A stretch of 64,000 nt of DNA from Basidiobolus meristosporus CBS 931.73 (taxonomy: Eukaryota; Fungi; Basidiobolomycota): positions 12,263-76,262 of the forward strand of contig MCFE01000431.1 in the NCBI GenBank assembly GCA_002104905.1. The letters are read 5' to 3'. The first letter of the stretch is position 1. Every line of letters begins with the position of its first letter. The notes beneath the pieces are model-generated. The model made no database searches. It was not told the origin of the DNA and worked only from the letters and a program-made list of their open reading frames with translations. Shown one piece after another: positions 22,169-35,900 of this stretch. A program made the translations under genes and the position numbers.

Positions 22169-24521
22169 ATGCCGCCCACATATGAGCAATTCAACCTTCT
22201 TGATCTACGTCATGACAACGAGCTATATGAAGAGTCTCATTTCGAGAGTTTCCCGAAAGGCGGAAGAACGTAAGCTAATTTCAGATGGAATTACCGCAGA
22301 TATTTCACGTCGATTCAGCTGTTAGGACATGAACTTCCACAGCTGCATCTGCTTATAGAGATATTCCAACATTCACGTCCATATTCCTCGAAAATCTCCA
22401 TTCTGATCGTTCTCACAACACAATAGGAACATTTACGGAGTGACAACCTTCAGCTCTATCTTGCCACCCACCAAGAGCTCTAGATCGCTGGCCAACCTCT
22501 ACCCTCAAGCACGCCATACGCTGATAAGCTCGTTTACTGGGCTAACCGGATTTCTTTCCGACGAAGGGCGTTGGAAAAGAGTGGATATAGAGCTTCCTAA
22601 GGAAAACGGTAGAGCCTACTACTTACACCAGGGCCATGTAGTTTGTGCTTAATTTTGGATTTAGGAGAGATTATATCCATTGATGCCTTCGAAGTTGCTT
22701 TCGAAAATGAGACGAGCGCCTCGCTGGTGGTCGCCACCTCAGTAGCCAAAGCAAGTGCACACACTCGAGCATGATCGTGTAGTTGAAGTCTAACCATTCT
22801 TTGCAATGCTTAGATAGACGAAGAGACCCATGAAAGCCGTTTCTTCCTGAACATCTATGGGCTTAGTTGTTATAACACCACGATCGAGGCCAATTTCGAC
22901 CAACTCCCAGGTAATTTGTCGGTGCCTTAGTGCACTCTGCGTATGCCTGTCTTACATCGAAAGCTGATTTCTTCCTCAGAACATTTCCAGCAAATCCCTC
23001 TTGATTACGTTCCGGCCCAGATCTCCCATCTGAAGTAGGGCGAGGATCAGTGTATACCGTGTCGTTCTACGATTACTGATGAGTCATTCTTGTGAAGGTT
23101 GAATCGCTCTTCTCCCTCCGACACCGGGTTTCTGTTATGCGGAAGTGATGGCAAGGTCCATGTATATCATATGGTTAGTATGCAACCTTCGCAGCCCAGT
23201 TATATCGACGAAGCACTAAGCTGTTAATGGATTAGCCTGATGGAAAGGAAGGATTCGAGGAAATCCCTACCAGCGAAATAGGAGAGCTCTCTTCCCTGGC
23301 TGACGAATCACTCAAGTATAAGCCTCAGTCTGATTGATCCAATAGGCGCCCTTGGCTTACATATTTCGCTTGTTCCCTACAGCATCCTTTACATCAAGAG
23401 TTACCAGATACAAGACAAGAAAGTCCTGGTCATTGGATGCCAAGACGGGCACTTGCTTGTGAATATCGCACAGCCAGGTACAACACAGTGTGTGCTACCA
23501 CACGAGTCCATAGCACTACTAATGAATTCGTGATGAAGATGGCACGTCCCAGATGTATAAAAAAAGACTGTACAGCCCAGTTCTATCGGTGATTCCGTTC
23601 ACCACTAGTTCACAGCCTACTGCAGGTTTGGGCAACTCATCATTTAACCAACCTTGAGCCTCACTTACCTTCATGTATGTTCGTGCAGATGCGAAGATCA
23701 ATCTTCTAGTTGCATGCGCAGTGGAGTATGCCTGCGTTTACGAGTAATACAAGCGCTATCTCGTCTTCCCATCGTACCACTTCCATACTTACAATCCCCA
23801 ACCGTAGAGCTGTTGACACTTTCGGACTAACGAAATCCTGCTCACTCGAGAAATGCGGAGAGTTCGACAGCATCCTCTGTGCGCACATTGGAGACGTGGA
23901 TCTTGATGGCCAACAGGAGATTATCCTCGGCACATATGGGCAACAGCTGCTCGTCTACAAATACGGTAGGCTTTTTCCCTGAGTGGGCGCTTCTATTCGT
24001 CTCGTGCATATCGTCTGACACGACCACTTTAGATGTCAGGTTGATTGATAGGCTTGCCTTCAAGCTGGTTTGGAAACGGGCGTTCGCCTATCCACTCTAC
24101 CATATTCGAGACATAGATCTGGACCTGGATGGGCTCAATGAATTGTTGGTGACCAGTATGTACGGTGTGCATATCTTGAAGGTAAACGCTTATTCTCCAG
24201 CGACCCCTCCGATGGTCATGTTCACGGAATTCATATCTCCTTTGTCTTAAGGTCGATCTAGCGAAATCCAGAGATAGACTGCAATCGGTGATATTGTTTC
24301 TAAAGGAGAAGAAAATCCAACGTGAGATGCAACTCCTTTCCGTAGTGCCTATTGAAGCCGACCCCGCTCCGTCAGAGCAAGGCGAGAGCTCGGTACAAGC
24401 AGATGAGTCCTCTGAGCCCGCGGAGGATGAAGATGGCCATAGTTCACCACAAGAGAATGATGGCATTGACGAGGAGTCGGCATCCATTCACTCGAATACA
24501 CCTAGCGATCGTTCTCAGTAA
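22169..24521 (+). CDS. KPTN: Kaptin (KICSTOR subunit) homologue, ~13 exons: 22169-22269, 22427-22608, 22665-22750, 22814-22910, 22980-23034, 23098-23173, 23236-23315, 23383-23477, 23539-23625, 23689-23743, 23808-23965, ~24033-24181, 24252-24521
   Basis: Phase-consistent splicing gives TNIYGV, EIISIDAF, FLNIY, FLLCGSDGKVHVY, IGCQDG, FDSILCAHIGDVDLDGQQEIILGTYGQQLLVYKY and DLDLDGLNELLVTSMYGVHIL, colinear with recalled human KPTN (SNVYGL, EIVSIDTF, FLNIY, LGCQSG, FDSVLC..DVDLDG..E.LVATYGQELLCYKY). Confidence 0.88.
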
Positions 24522-26456
24522 GAGAGGCTTTGCATTGTAAAGACAATCCAATAAACCATCTAAATCACAGCCACCCCAAAGCATGCTGAAATGGGTGCAT
24601 GTCTGGGAGCAGCTCGGGTGTATAGCCATGGCCAAACCACAGCACTGATCCGCCGGTTGAAGACTGCTGTGCACAATAATCGGATCATCGAACCTTTCGA
24701 GCACAAGATGATGCTAATCGAATCACCGGGAAAAGCACAAGCCAATATAACTAACGATGCATGGAATCTGGCTTGCAATGCTACTACCAGCAAGTGCACA
24801 GATCAAGATTCATATTGAGTTGTTGCTGGTGACACAACAAATAGTATGTGAATAGATACGCTTGTCACAGGGACGTTCGAGTGTTGGTGTATTACACTCA
24901 ACGCCCCAAGCAAGCAGATTTCGTAGTGATCCAGACGCTGCACCTTTTTTCACCTTGTGGCTCAGATCCTATTTAGATGCCTTACTTTCGAATAGAGCTC
25001 GATGCTTGCAGCGGGTATTTAGAGTATACTCAGATGGCCTCATGGCTGCCTCAACTCACGCACGCCCAGTCGGCACAATTTTCCAACCACAAGCCGCACC
25101 ACCCATTCCTAAAATCGGCCACGATGAATCCACAAAGTGGATCTTGTCCTCTACATGGAGCAGCATCATCTTGAGCCATTCGGGTACGGAAATGGGGGAA
25201 AGGGGCTCGATTCGTAAAATCCATGAATACTTGTGAGGAAGCAAAAGAGTACGGATCTTGGCTCTTGACTGACCACTACATGAAGGCCAGAGGATCGACG
25301 AGGGATATGGTAGGGATCCCCATCCCGCGATTCCTGATTTCTTGGTTACTCAACTTCACACGTCCCTCATTCCACTTTGAAAACAACGTTTACAGATAAC
25401 GAAATCTCAAGCATTGCCATCCAAGCAAAGGCAAATGCTCCTCTCCCAATCCCCAATTCAGCACCAGCCACATGCTTCCACTGTACGCCCGGCGACCATT
25501 GCGGAATTCTCTCGGGCCTCTCCGAGGATGGCACCAGGCCAACCCATGCATTCGCCCGATCCGAGTGCGCCAGCTAGATGAACCTTTCAAATCCATGTAG
25601 CTTAGATATGCGCCACTTCTGGTCCATGCGATTGTCCCCGCATGCCCATATCGAATCGATGCGTAGATGCTAGGGTTTGGCAATGGCTGTGCCCATGGTC
25701 GAACGAACCAACCAGCTGTTTCGGGACCTCCTGGCTCGCCTTGTATGCCAAGAAGACCAGGCGGAGTGTACAGTAATGGGCATGGCATCTGTGGATGGAA
25801 CCCACCAACAAAAATCGGAGGCGATTGACGCCCCTCACCACAGCCATCCAAACTACGGCCACGGCAGCATGAAGCATCGACCACCACAGCAGCATTGAGT
25901 ATCACCATCACGACTCATGGTTGGCATTGGTGACCTTCCCCTTTCCATGGGGTTCGGTCAATTTGGGAAATGCCTGCACTCGACTGCCAGCCAGCGACAA
26001 TGAATGCTTGTGCTATGTGCACTGCACAAATCAGTCCAAAGCTAGCCATCGGAGCTTGGAAAGATCCCTCGATCATCGAAACACGTTTGTTCCTAAAAAG
26101 GACCCACTCCAGCCGAAACATACCGGACTGTGCTGATGGTGTCACGCCGATAAAGGCGATTTCCCAGGGCACCAAGCGTCCCAAGGGTGCACTGCAATTG
26201 GTGTAAATGACTGATCCTGACGTGGATTAGATCGATACTCTTGCACTTCTCAAATGAAATCCGTTTATTCAGCATGGATAAATATGGTATAATATAAAGG
26301 TGCGTATTGCAATGTACAGTTAGCATACGATGGTACCAAACCAGCCAACTGGTTGGAAAATCTTGTAGGCAGAGTAAGGATCGTCTCAGGTGACTAGGCT
26401 TGTGGCCCCTATGGAGAGCATCAGGTCCCGTGGACGTGAGACGGAGGTGGCGGCCG

Positions 26457-28125
26457 TCATTGGGTGCTGGACACTTGATCTTCGGTCCAAATATATTCTT
26501 GTCGGTCTCGCTGAAAGCCATGGCTCTCTATGAACTGGTCAGCTTCCTCAGGCCCACGTGAGCCGTAGACATACTTCAGTGGTTCGATGCCCTCGCGTTC
26601 AATCTCGTGGAGAATAGGGGTGAAGATTCTCCACGCCTCATTCAGCTCGTCATCGCGGACAAAATTGGAATGATCACCCTGCAGCGCATCTAAAATCAAA
26701 GACTCGTAGGCTTCGGGAATTCTAGCGTCGGAGAATCTACGTCTGTAGCTGAGGTCCAGCTCGGAGATAACCGTGTCCATGGAAAGGCCAGGCTTCTTGT
26801 TCATGATCTTCATGTAGACCGATTCATTCGGCTGGACTCGGATGACCAGCTCGTTTCGCGAGTGATTGGGGAAGATGCAGTTCTCGACATCGCGGAATTG
26901 AATCCGGATCTCCGCCTTCTGCTCATTCAACGCTTTCCCGCACTTGAGGATGAATGGGACTCCCTTCCATCTTGCGTTATCCACAAAGATCGAGGCCACC
27001 GCATACGTGGGTGTGTTGGAGCCGCTAGGCACGGTGTCATCATCAAGATAGCCTGGCTTTGAGCCATCAGCACTGCGAACGTATTGACCGATCATGATGT
27101 TGTCGCGTGTGATAGGCTCGATGCATTTCAGAACGTCCACCTTTGCGGTGCGGATGTCCTCGGCGTCCAACGAGGCGGGGCTTTCCATTGCGACGAGAGA
27201 TAGAATCTGCAGCAAATCTAGTGCATGCGATGCCAATGTTAGCGCCAACCTCCCAACTCAGAAAATTGAATGTACCGACGGTTTTGCATGACATCCCGGA
27301 TGATCCCAAATTCATCGAAGTATCCACCCCGACCTTCGGTGCCAAACGGTTCTTTGAAGGTGACCTGGACATTCTCGATGTACTCTTTGCTCCAGATGGC
27401 GCCCAGGAATACGTTTGCAAATCGCAGCGACATGATGTTCTTCACCATCTCCTTGCCCAGGTAGTGGTCGATACGGTAGATCTAGAGGAAATCAATCACT
27501 AACGAACCCAACACCCAAGCAAGCTCTGGCTCACTAACCTCCTCCTCCTTGAAGCTGGCGCTTAACGCCTTCATCAGAACCCTGGAAGACTCGGAGTCTC
27601 TCCCAAATGGCTTCTCCACAATGAGCCGGTTAAACCCTTGTTGGGTGTAGACGTTCTTCTTGATGTTCTGAGCAACGGGGATGAATACGGAAGGTGGCAA
27701 TGCCATGTAGAAGACACGATTGATCCTGTGCTTATTCTCAGCCAGTCGCTCCAGGTAACGGTTCAAGTTGATGAAGGAGGCATCGTCGTCGTATTTCCCA
27801 CTGACGTAGTGGAGCTTATCGGCGAACTCGTCCACGAGTTGGTGCTCGCTGGGATGGAACTTGAGAAAGGAGATGATGCGCTGTTTGAAGTCCTCCAGCT
27901 TGATGGCGGAGCGCGCGTAACCCACGATTTGGGTGCTGGCCGGCAAAAAGCCATTTTTATACAGGCCGAATAATGCAGGGTAGGTTTTCTTTTTGGCCAA
28001 ATCCCCAGAGGCGCCGAACACTAAATTGGAAGAGACACATCAGCAATCGTCGCCACCAAACGACCATCATGGACACTCTACCCACCAACGATGACGGTGT
28101 CACTCTCAAGCAGGTTGACGGTCAT
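26457..28125 (-). CDS. ZWF1: Glucose-6-phosphate 1-dehydrogenase, 4 exons: 28125-28086, 28020-27539, 27481-27280, 27217-26457
   Basis: [82 protein letters not shown] introns in consistent phase. Confidence 0.97.
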
Positions 28126-31100
28126 TTTCTCTGCAACAAACCAAAGCCAAAGCACAAGCCAAAACCAAACACGCAGTTTGAAGATCCGAACGGGAGTAGA
28201 ATTTCTTGACGGAAGACCTCGCTTATAAATGGGATCTCGTGTCGACCGGGGAGGGTGAGGGGAGGGCATTTCTTTTTCCAACCCGAATTGGTGATACCGG
28301 CTAAAAAGCCCATGGCCACCCATATCGCTAATTTCAGATGGCACCTGAAAAAAATCCATTCCTCAGGTTACTCAATCTACTCCTTATGGACTGGTGCTGG
28401 TGATACCATTTTGTAAGTGTGCTCCGAGCATTTCGGAGGGCGTCTTCCACGAAGGGCCTCTGCTTAGCCATCCCAACCACCGCAACCTCTCCACGGACTA
28501 CTGGGTGACGAGCGAGGGATCGGATTCTTGGTGAGGGATTCGGGTTCATTGCGAGCCAAGCCCATTATCAGCCTATGGGAGCGCTGCTGAAAATCCCATG
28601 CCCGGTATTGTGGACATGGATATTTTGACGTCTCTGTATTACATTCCTTGTGCCCAGTGGCTGCTCATGTGTCGAACGATGCTAAATCACTTTCCTGCTT
28701 CCAGTCAGGCTGACGGTGGTTGGGACAAATCATGTGCCTGCTGATATCTGGATTACTCCCGTTGATCCAGGAAAGCCAGGTTCACTTCCCTCTTGTTACC
28801 GGCCGTTAGTCACATAAGGTTATATCAATAGAAAGGTTGGCCACCGATCCGGATCCCCTTGTATCTATAGGGAGCCCGAAGGGACAGTCGAGCTATACAG
28901 CTGATAACCTCGGTGCGCGCCCTCTTGGCGGACATCAAGAGGTGATCTCGGGCAAATATTGCAGAACATCCGGTCTCATCGTTGGCTTACGCCATTTGAT
29001 TAGTACTTGGCGCTCAAGAAGGGATAGAAGTGTAATGGCTCCTATCCGATAATACTGGTGCCACTACACCGCTTACAAATGCCATTGCGGATGATTAATC
29101 CCACCTGCAATTAGGGGCTATGATCGCGGGGCTGTCATGAAGGCTCAATTTGACTCGAGTATGGTCTGCTGGCGCGCTTTGTGTAAGCCACGCTATCAGA
29201 CTGGCCGGTAACAGCATTACTGCGTGAGAATCGGATTCCGCTCGTTTCCATCTCCTTTCTTCCGTTGTGCGTTTCCGTTTTATAGGGTACTGCGGCTCGA
29301 TGAGGGGTTCGATGTGTTGTGTGTGACTGGGAACATGGTTGTTTCTTGCCTATACCTTTCTCCTTTGGAAAGCGACAGAAGAGGTGGCTTAGCTCCACAC
29401 AGGACCACCCTCACTTGGCCGGAACATATTTAATACCAATGCTGGGGGTGCGTCATAGTATGGTACGAAGTCTTTTCAAGTACCCAGATTGTCTTAAGAA
29501 TGGCCAAAGCTGACTGAACAAGATATCCCCCTTATACCGGACCCGTTCAGCCAAATCCTAAGCATCACCTATTAGGGAAAGTCGGGGTGCCGCTCAAGCG
29601 TGGGATAAGGTTACGTACACCAGGGCCGTGATTTGCGATGGGTGAGGGGTGAGAGGTGAGTAAAAAGGATCGTACTCGTTGTCTCAGCTTGGCCGAGCAT
29701 GGCCAACTCTTCAGTCATCATAAATATGGAGATGCCAGGACAAGCGTCAAGGTGGCTGTATCTACGATGAAAGCGTACTACATGTTTGTCATATAGTGAC
29801 ACGACGCACTGTCTTGCTAACATTCTGTAGAAAGTAACTGTAGAAAGCAACGCTGGAAAATTCCCGAATTCGGAGGTCGGTTGGGATGCAATGGTCAAGT
29901 GGGATGAATGAATAAGAGTGGTGGCTGTTCTTGAGGTTCACAACCACCTGAGAATGTATCAGTGGCTGGATGATTGACCTGGGAGAATTAGCGGTGCTGG
30001 ATAAGACGGATCTTTTTGTGGTAAGAGAACCCTTTTGGGGCTTATTCATGATGCGCAGTTGGAGTGACAGCGCTTGCTGGTACGAACACCACTTACCACA
30101 CTGGTATTTTTATGTCAACAACGCAGATGTTTAAACAATACTCAACCAATGTTGCTCTATGTGGGCTTGTTTTATCGAAGCAGACTTGAAACAACCTACA
30201 CTATAGGCCTGTTTCCAATTGGAAGACCCTGCTAGCGACTGGATGATTGGTCATTTGTCCCTCAGTATGTCAACAATGTTACTTCGAAATTGGCATTTGA
30301 GGGTATATGAAGTGGCGTCGCGTTGATAGGTACACACATGGCTGTAGAGCAACTGAGTCACTCATTCTGGAAGATTGAGAAGGTGGTGGCGCACCAGAGA
30401 CGCTTGCTATTCGCGACATATAGATAAGCCCACTGTGACGATCATCGGTAGGTGACCACCGACCAATCGGATGGGATATCTCCTAATTTGCATAAGGTCT
30501 TAGAGAAGCTTCGAAGTACCTTGGAATTAATTCGAAGGCACCAATGCTATTCTTAATTAAAGTTTAGCTGGTTCATTCCGCACTTGAGCTTGCCGCTTAC
30601 GTAGCAGATGGCAATGCGCATCTAGCGACATAGATCCTGTTGCTTCGAAGTAGACAATTCCGGCCTGTTGGTGATCATGCTTCGTATCACAAGAGGTATA
30701 TTGAGCAGGCGGAAAGGCGACGAGGGCCTCTCGAGTCACCCCCCCCCGCAGTTCCCTTTGTGAGTAAGCAATGGCGCAAGTATAGACCCATATAGACAAC
30801 TGGCTAAACTGAACTCCCAAATAGACCCTGATCTGGCTGACTAACCATTTTTGAAATAGTAAGCTCCAGTGTAGGGTTGCCAACTATTGCCTCCTCCAGA
30901 GGGAACTGCACATCTGGATCACCAATCCGGTTTGGTTTCGAATCGGATGCATTTCACTAATTCCATTTCTGGTTAAAATATGGTTCCAAACTCAAAACCC
31001 CCTCAGCTTGCTCACATGATTCGTGCGGATAGGGGCAAACCCTCATAATTCATGGGAACCAAAGCGAGCGAACGCATGATCCAATCAGGGTGAAGACATC

Positions 31101-31821
31101 TCATTGATAGAACACCGTTCAGGAACAACGATGGTCCAACTGATCTCAAGGCCTGATGAGAATAGAGTGGCCGTGTTGACCCAGTCTCATTAGTGGTGCG
31201 GTTTTTCATACGGCATTGCGGGCATCCTGGCTGACGGTGTCGAAGTCCCAGAAAGCCCCCATGGGTGTGGACCCTTGAGGCACTAACCGTGGATGGGCCA
31301 CACAGCCAGCAGCCATCTACCCAAGCGCACATGCTATCCAAGAGGGGGCAATTGTAGCCACAGAGATCAGATCTAGATATGTCAGGCATTTCCTATATAC
31401 CATGAGTTGCATTATGATAAGGGCCCTCCAATCAACCAAGAGGCATGAGTCGATCGCTCGAGTCCGTTCTGTGCGTTGAATGGACGGGATATCACTCCTG
31501 ACCCTTTCTGGAATTCTATAATCTGATCCAGTCAGTAGGGGCGGTGAGGTGTCCCACTGCTATTTCTGATCATTCATGGCATTGGGCGTCAACTCTCATG
31601 CCCTTCAAGTACGAATCATCACATGTACAAGCAACAGTTAGAGTTTACGTAGGTTTGTATTTGAAATCAATCTGGGTGCATTTATGTCCAAAGTGGGAAA
31701 GTTCCATACCCTCCGTTCAGATCGGATCGGAGGAAATTAAGTGAGGCAGAGACAATGATGTTTACAATGGATTCAGATGGGGTCCGCGAGCTGCGAGAGA
31801 CCTCTTGGTTGACGCCTAAGG

Positions 31822-32943
31822 TTAATCTTCGGGCGAATTCGAGCTTGAGCCTTGTTGTTCCCTTCGATGCTCAGTCCGGCATTGCGTGTCCACTCGGTAG
31901 TGCCGCTTGAGGGCATCAGTGCGAGCAAACGACTTGTTACAATAGTTGCACTGGTAAGGTTTGTCCCCTGTATGAACTCGAATATGTCGGTGGAGGTCAT
32001 GCTTCCGAGTAAAACTTCGAAAGCAGTACTGACATACGTGGGATTTCATTTTGAGGGAGTCCTTGGCGCTTGGTATGGGGTAGCACTGCCAGGAAGGGAA
32101 AGGATGTAGTGCGCTGTGCCGAATGCTTGAGAAAGGCTTGTCACCTGTCAGTAGGTTAGTCTCGGGCAGAAAGGTGGAAAGCTCTTCCGGAGAATGCACC
32201 GTGTTCATCAGAAACGGGGGTTGTTTATGCAAGCTGGAGGAGGCACCAGAATTTGGTTGGATCTCGTTCTTCACCTCGCTTACTAGATATCCAGCCGACC
32301 GGCACCATGATGGTTGGGGCATCATCTCGGATTTGGAGCTGTCCATCAGGTAGGTCATGCTTAGCGAGCGAGTACGTGTGGGAGAGAAAGCCTCGGAAGG
32401 CATTGGGGCACAGTAGCTGTTCGCTCTCGGGTAATACTCGTGTCCCCAGGGGGTGTAGTTATATGGATAAACGGTGTCTAGGCTCTGTGGCGAAATGTCC
32501 TCAATGTACAGTTCTGGGGTTGCTCCCACACAACCAAGCGAGGGGTCTGCCGGGCTATTTGAGGGCAGTACTTTAGGAGACAATGTGGTGGTGGGAAACA
32601 ATGGGTCATGCAATGATGGGAAGGATGGAACGGTGAGTGAGTGGGCTATGGTACATTCGAGGTTTGGGTTGAAATATGTATAGGTTTTTCCAGTAGTGAT
32701 TGGAGATGCGGTTGGAAGTACAGGTGGTGCAATTTTGGGGAACACTGGCTTATATCTAGTAGAAGGCCTGGTGGTTGTTGGATTGACGCTGGTGGGGATT
32801 GGGGCTGGGATGGACATATTTAAATACAAGTATTCCGAGGGAACATCCACGTTCTGCGTTCGAGGTGGGCTGGTTAAAATGGGTGGGTAATACGAATCGG
32901 TGCTTGAACACTTAGGCGTCCCTATACCTTTGCTGTTGTCCAT
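31822..32943 (-). CDS. C2H2 zinc-finger transcription factor (two C-terminal fingers), 373 aa
   Basis: CQYCFRSFTRKHDLHRHIRVH-TGDKPY-CNYCNKSFARTDALKRH, with a long S/P/T-rich N-terminal region. Confidence 0.92.
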   Translation of the reverse strand: MDNSKGIGTPKCSSTDSYYPPILTSPPRTQNVDVPSEYLYLNMSIPAPIPTSVNPTTTRPSTRYKPVFPKIAPPVLPTASPITTGKTYTYFNPNLECTIAHSLTVPSFPSLHDPLFPTTTLSPKVLPSNSPADPSLGCVGATPELYIEDISPQSLDTVYPYNYTPWGHEYYPRANSYCAPMPSEAFSPTRTRSLSMTYLMDSSKSEMMPQPSWCRSAGYLVSEVKNEIQPNSGASSSLHKQPPFLMNTVHSPEELSTFLPETNLLTGDKPFSSIRHSALHPFPSWQCYPIPSAKDSLKMKSHVCQYCFRSFTRKHDLHRHIRVHTGDKPYQCNYCNKSFARTDALKRHYRVDTQCRTEHRREQQGSSSNSPED

Positions 32944-35900
32944 GTAGAATCTTTACGTGGCTTAGGTCAATGAATAAATTCACAAGTGAGACTTGGATGG
33001 GAAAGCAGGTTACGAAAGCCATCCTCTTATACTAAATTGGTTGTTTATGAGCTCTATGCGACTACCTACCTACCACGTCGTTATTGGAACATTCTCAACC
33101 CAAGTTCAAAATGAATGGTGCCATTTCAGACATGACCTAAATCGTGAAATGATTGGATCCTCTAGAATAGGGTCCACCAAATCGAATTCACGTTGATGAG
33201 GGTACAGTTTGATTCTGATCAGTAAAAATGCACCTTGAACTCGGTTCCAATAAGTACGATCGCCTTTGGAATTCCAATGCCAGCTTTACCATGAGGATCA
33301 TGCGAAGGTTCTCGCAGTGAAGGTGCTTCTGGGTGTTCAGTGGCTACCATTACTGCTGTCGCCCGCTACCATGAGTATGGCCCTGGTGAAGGCCGATTTG
33401 ATGACCGGTTGCACATCTGGCATATGAAATATTTGGCGGGGCAGAAAGGCTGTGCTTTCTACACTAGCTAATTCACCATTGGGTTAATGAATAGCTTCCT
33501 GTAGTATATTATTACTACTACCAGTCTGAGACAAAGTAGGACTTCGAGCGATCGTGCAGCGAATCAGAATGATTGCTGTGCATGCCTATCACCGAAAGTA
33601 GTAAGGCTTCTCAGTTCTTTTGGGAATTCCGGTGATTTCAATAGATAGATAACACGCTGCTTTAAAGATCTGGCAATCTTGCTAACATACAGTTACGTGT
33701 CTCTGATGAACTTTATTTTTGTTAGCAGTCCCGCATTGGGCCTGATGTACATTGCGCAATCGTGAGGCGGGGGCTAATTCGTTGATCAGCTAGCCGCGGC
33801 CAATGGACTCGTATCGTGAGCATTTTGATGGAAATGCCATGGTTCGATTACATTTTGAGGTGTTTCCTTCGACTATTCTAAATTCCGAGGGATGAGACAG
33901 CGGGCCTGACTAGCACTCATTGATTGGCCTAAGGTTTTGATCACGCAGTTGGAATCATAACAATTCTTCGTTGAAGTAGTGCTAGGAAATTGCCCAAGAA
34001 TATCATTTCCCTTAGCCAACGGTTAGGTTGGGATGAATGTACACTTGGATGAATAGAGCCAGGTCTAGAGAACATTCCTGTCCATCTTGCCACGTTGCCA
34101 CGATGGTCTGCTGATTCTCTCTGAATGATTCGGAAAGCGTTCACGAGCTCTGCCCACATTATTGGAACTTCGACCATCCTTCCAGAAGGGATGGGTGATG
34201 CTTGCCATCTCGCCCCTCGTTGCAAACAATATTCAAAGCCCGCCCAATGACCATGTCTCCGGTATTTAGAGAATGCAAACTCGGTAAATACGTCCGCCTA
34301 TCCTGGTGAAAGTTCCAGTGAGGTGGGTGGCAGCATCCCGGGGAACTTGCATTTAGGAAACTGATTAGAGATGAGCGTGGAATAGAAATGGTGGATTATC
34401 CGGCATGAAACAGCACCCACTCTGAGAGGTCATGAGAGATGGCCAATCTACAACAGTGTCGTAATTCAGGTCAAACAACATGCGATACTGGATAGGAGTA
34501 CACCATACGCCACCGTAACCTAGTCCGCCACATAGTCATGAAACCTGGCTATATATGTAGATTTCGAAACGATGGATTTCCCACCTAGCCGAGTGACCCT
34601 GGGTTGACCGTAACAAGACTAATCTTGGTAAGATGCACGCGGCAATGATTCAGCCCACCTTGCCATCAGCCCTGGCCGCCGTAGACATAGCGTGGGACAT
34701 CCAGCGGTGTTCATCCGCCCATTTGTCAGCCGTTAGGGACTGCACCAATGTGTACGGATAATTTAGGAGATGTAATCACTGCCCGGATATCCCTGAAATG
34801 GAAAACCATTCGGCAAGCGTTCTGGCTGCCTATTTCTACATATCGGCTTGGTGCAAAGCATGGCGACGGTGGTCACTCTCCACCAATACTTGTCGGCCGA
34901 GTGAGGCACTGGAATTCCATCTCCCACCTAACCTAACGTCGGTTGGGTCCCGCACGCGAACGAGATTCGCCGCGCATTCCTGAATGCTTCCCACCCGGCC
35001 CCTGATTCAAAACCCCATTTCATTCCACGCCCACATCCATGGTCACGTTCATGTCCGATTCCATGAGGCTCAGCCATCAAAGATGGGGATACCCAAGACC
35101 GGTGGCCAGAGGGGAGAGTTTGGAAGAGATCTCACTGATCGTTGGTTTGGCCCCGGTCACACATGGGCCAACCTGCTTTATTAGTATTAGGGGGAACCTT
35201 GGTGACGCTGGGGCCTTGCCTTTGATCATTCTCTGCAGGGTCGTGGAAGCTGGTCCAATCTCCCCTGTCGATGGACTAGAGCGTTCATTGAGATCGTTAC
35301 GAAAGGCCTTTCCGCTTGATACCCAAGTCTTGACTTGGGTTGCTCAATGGGGGTCGGGGCTCGTTTGTCCCATGGGTACTGTGTTCCGCGGAACACCTAA
35401 CCTTTGGGCCACCGATCCCAGGACATCGGTAATACGGTGTAAAGGGTTGGGGGATCTCAGGCCTCCTCTAAAAGAATTGCTCGCTCACCAATAGAGGTGG
35501 CCAAGGCGCCAATGCACACAGCATTCGAGGATTTCACGTGGTAATCCAGGGAAAACCCCAATGTATTGGATCCGAATTCACCGCCCCCTTGATTTGTACC
35601 AAAGTCCTAAGCTAGCTGAAACTGTCCTCTGGAAAAGGCCGGCAGTCACCACGTGACTAGCGATCCTGGGAATGGGAGGGGCATATGTTGAGGTACCTCG
35701 ATTTATCCAAGTACAGCAATAACGGGAATGTGTTCCTCGCTAGAGTTGAATGGTTAGAAGGGCGTATCAACTTGGGTACATGAAACACTCATCCCTGTCC
35801 GAGTAAAGGTCGATTCACACGTTACACTTGTTTGGGAGCCAGACGCGCGCCATAGACCGCGCACATATCACCAACAGACCCTCATATATGAAAGAAGAAA

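Noticed and set aside
26093-28021. ORFs overlapping G6PD (for example 27143, 27638, 26093)
   Set aside because: Antisense or alternate-frame shadows of a codon-biased gene. The same applies to ORFs overlapping HSP31, KPTN and the C2H2 gene.
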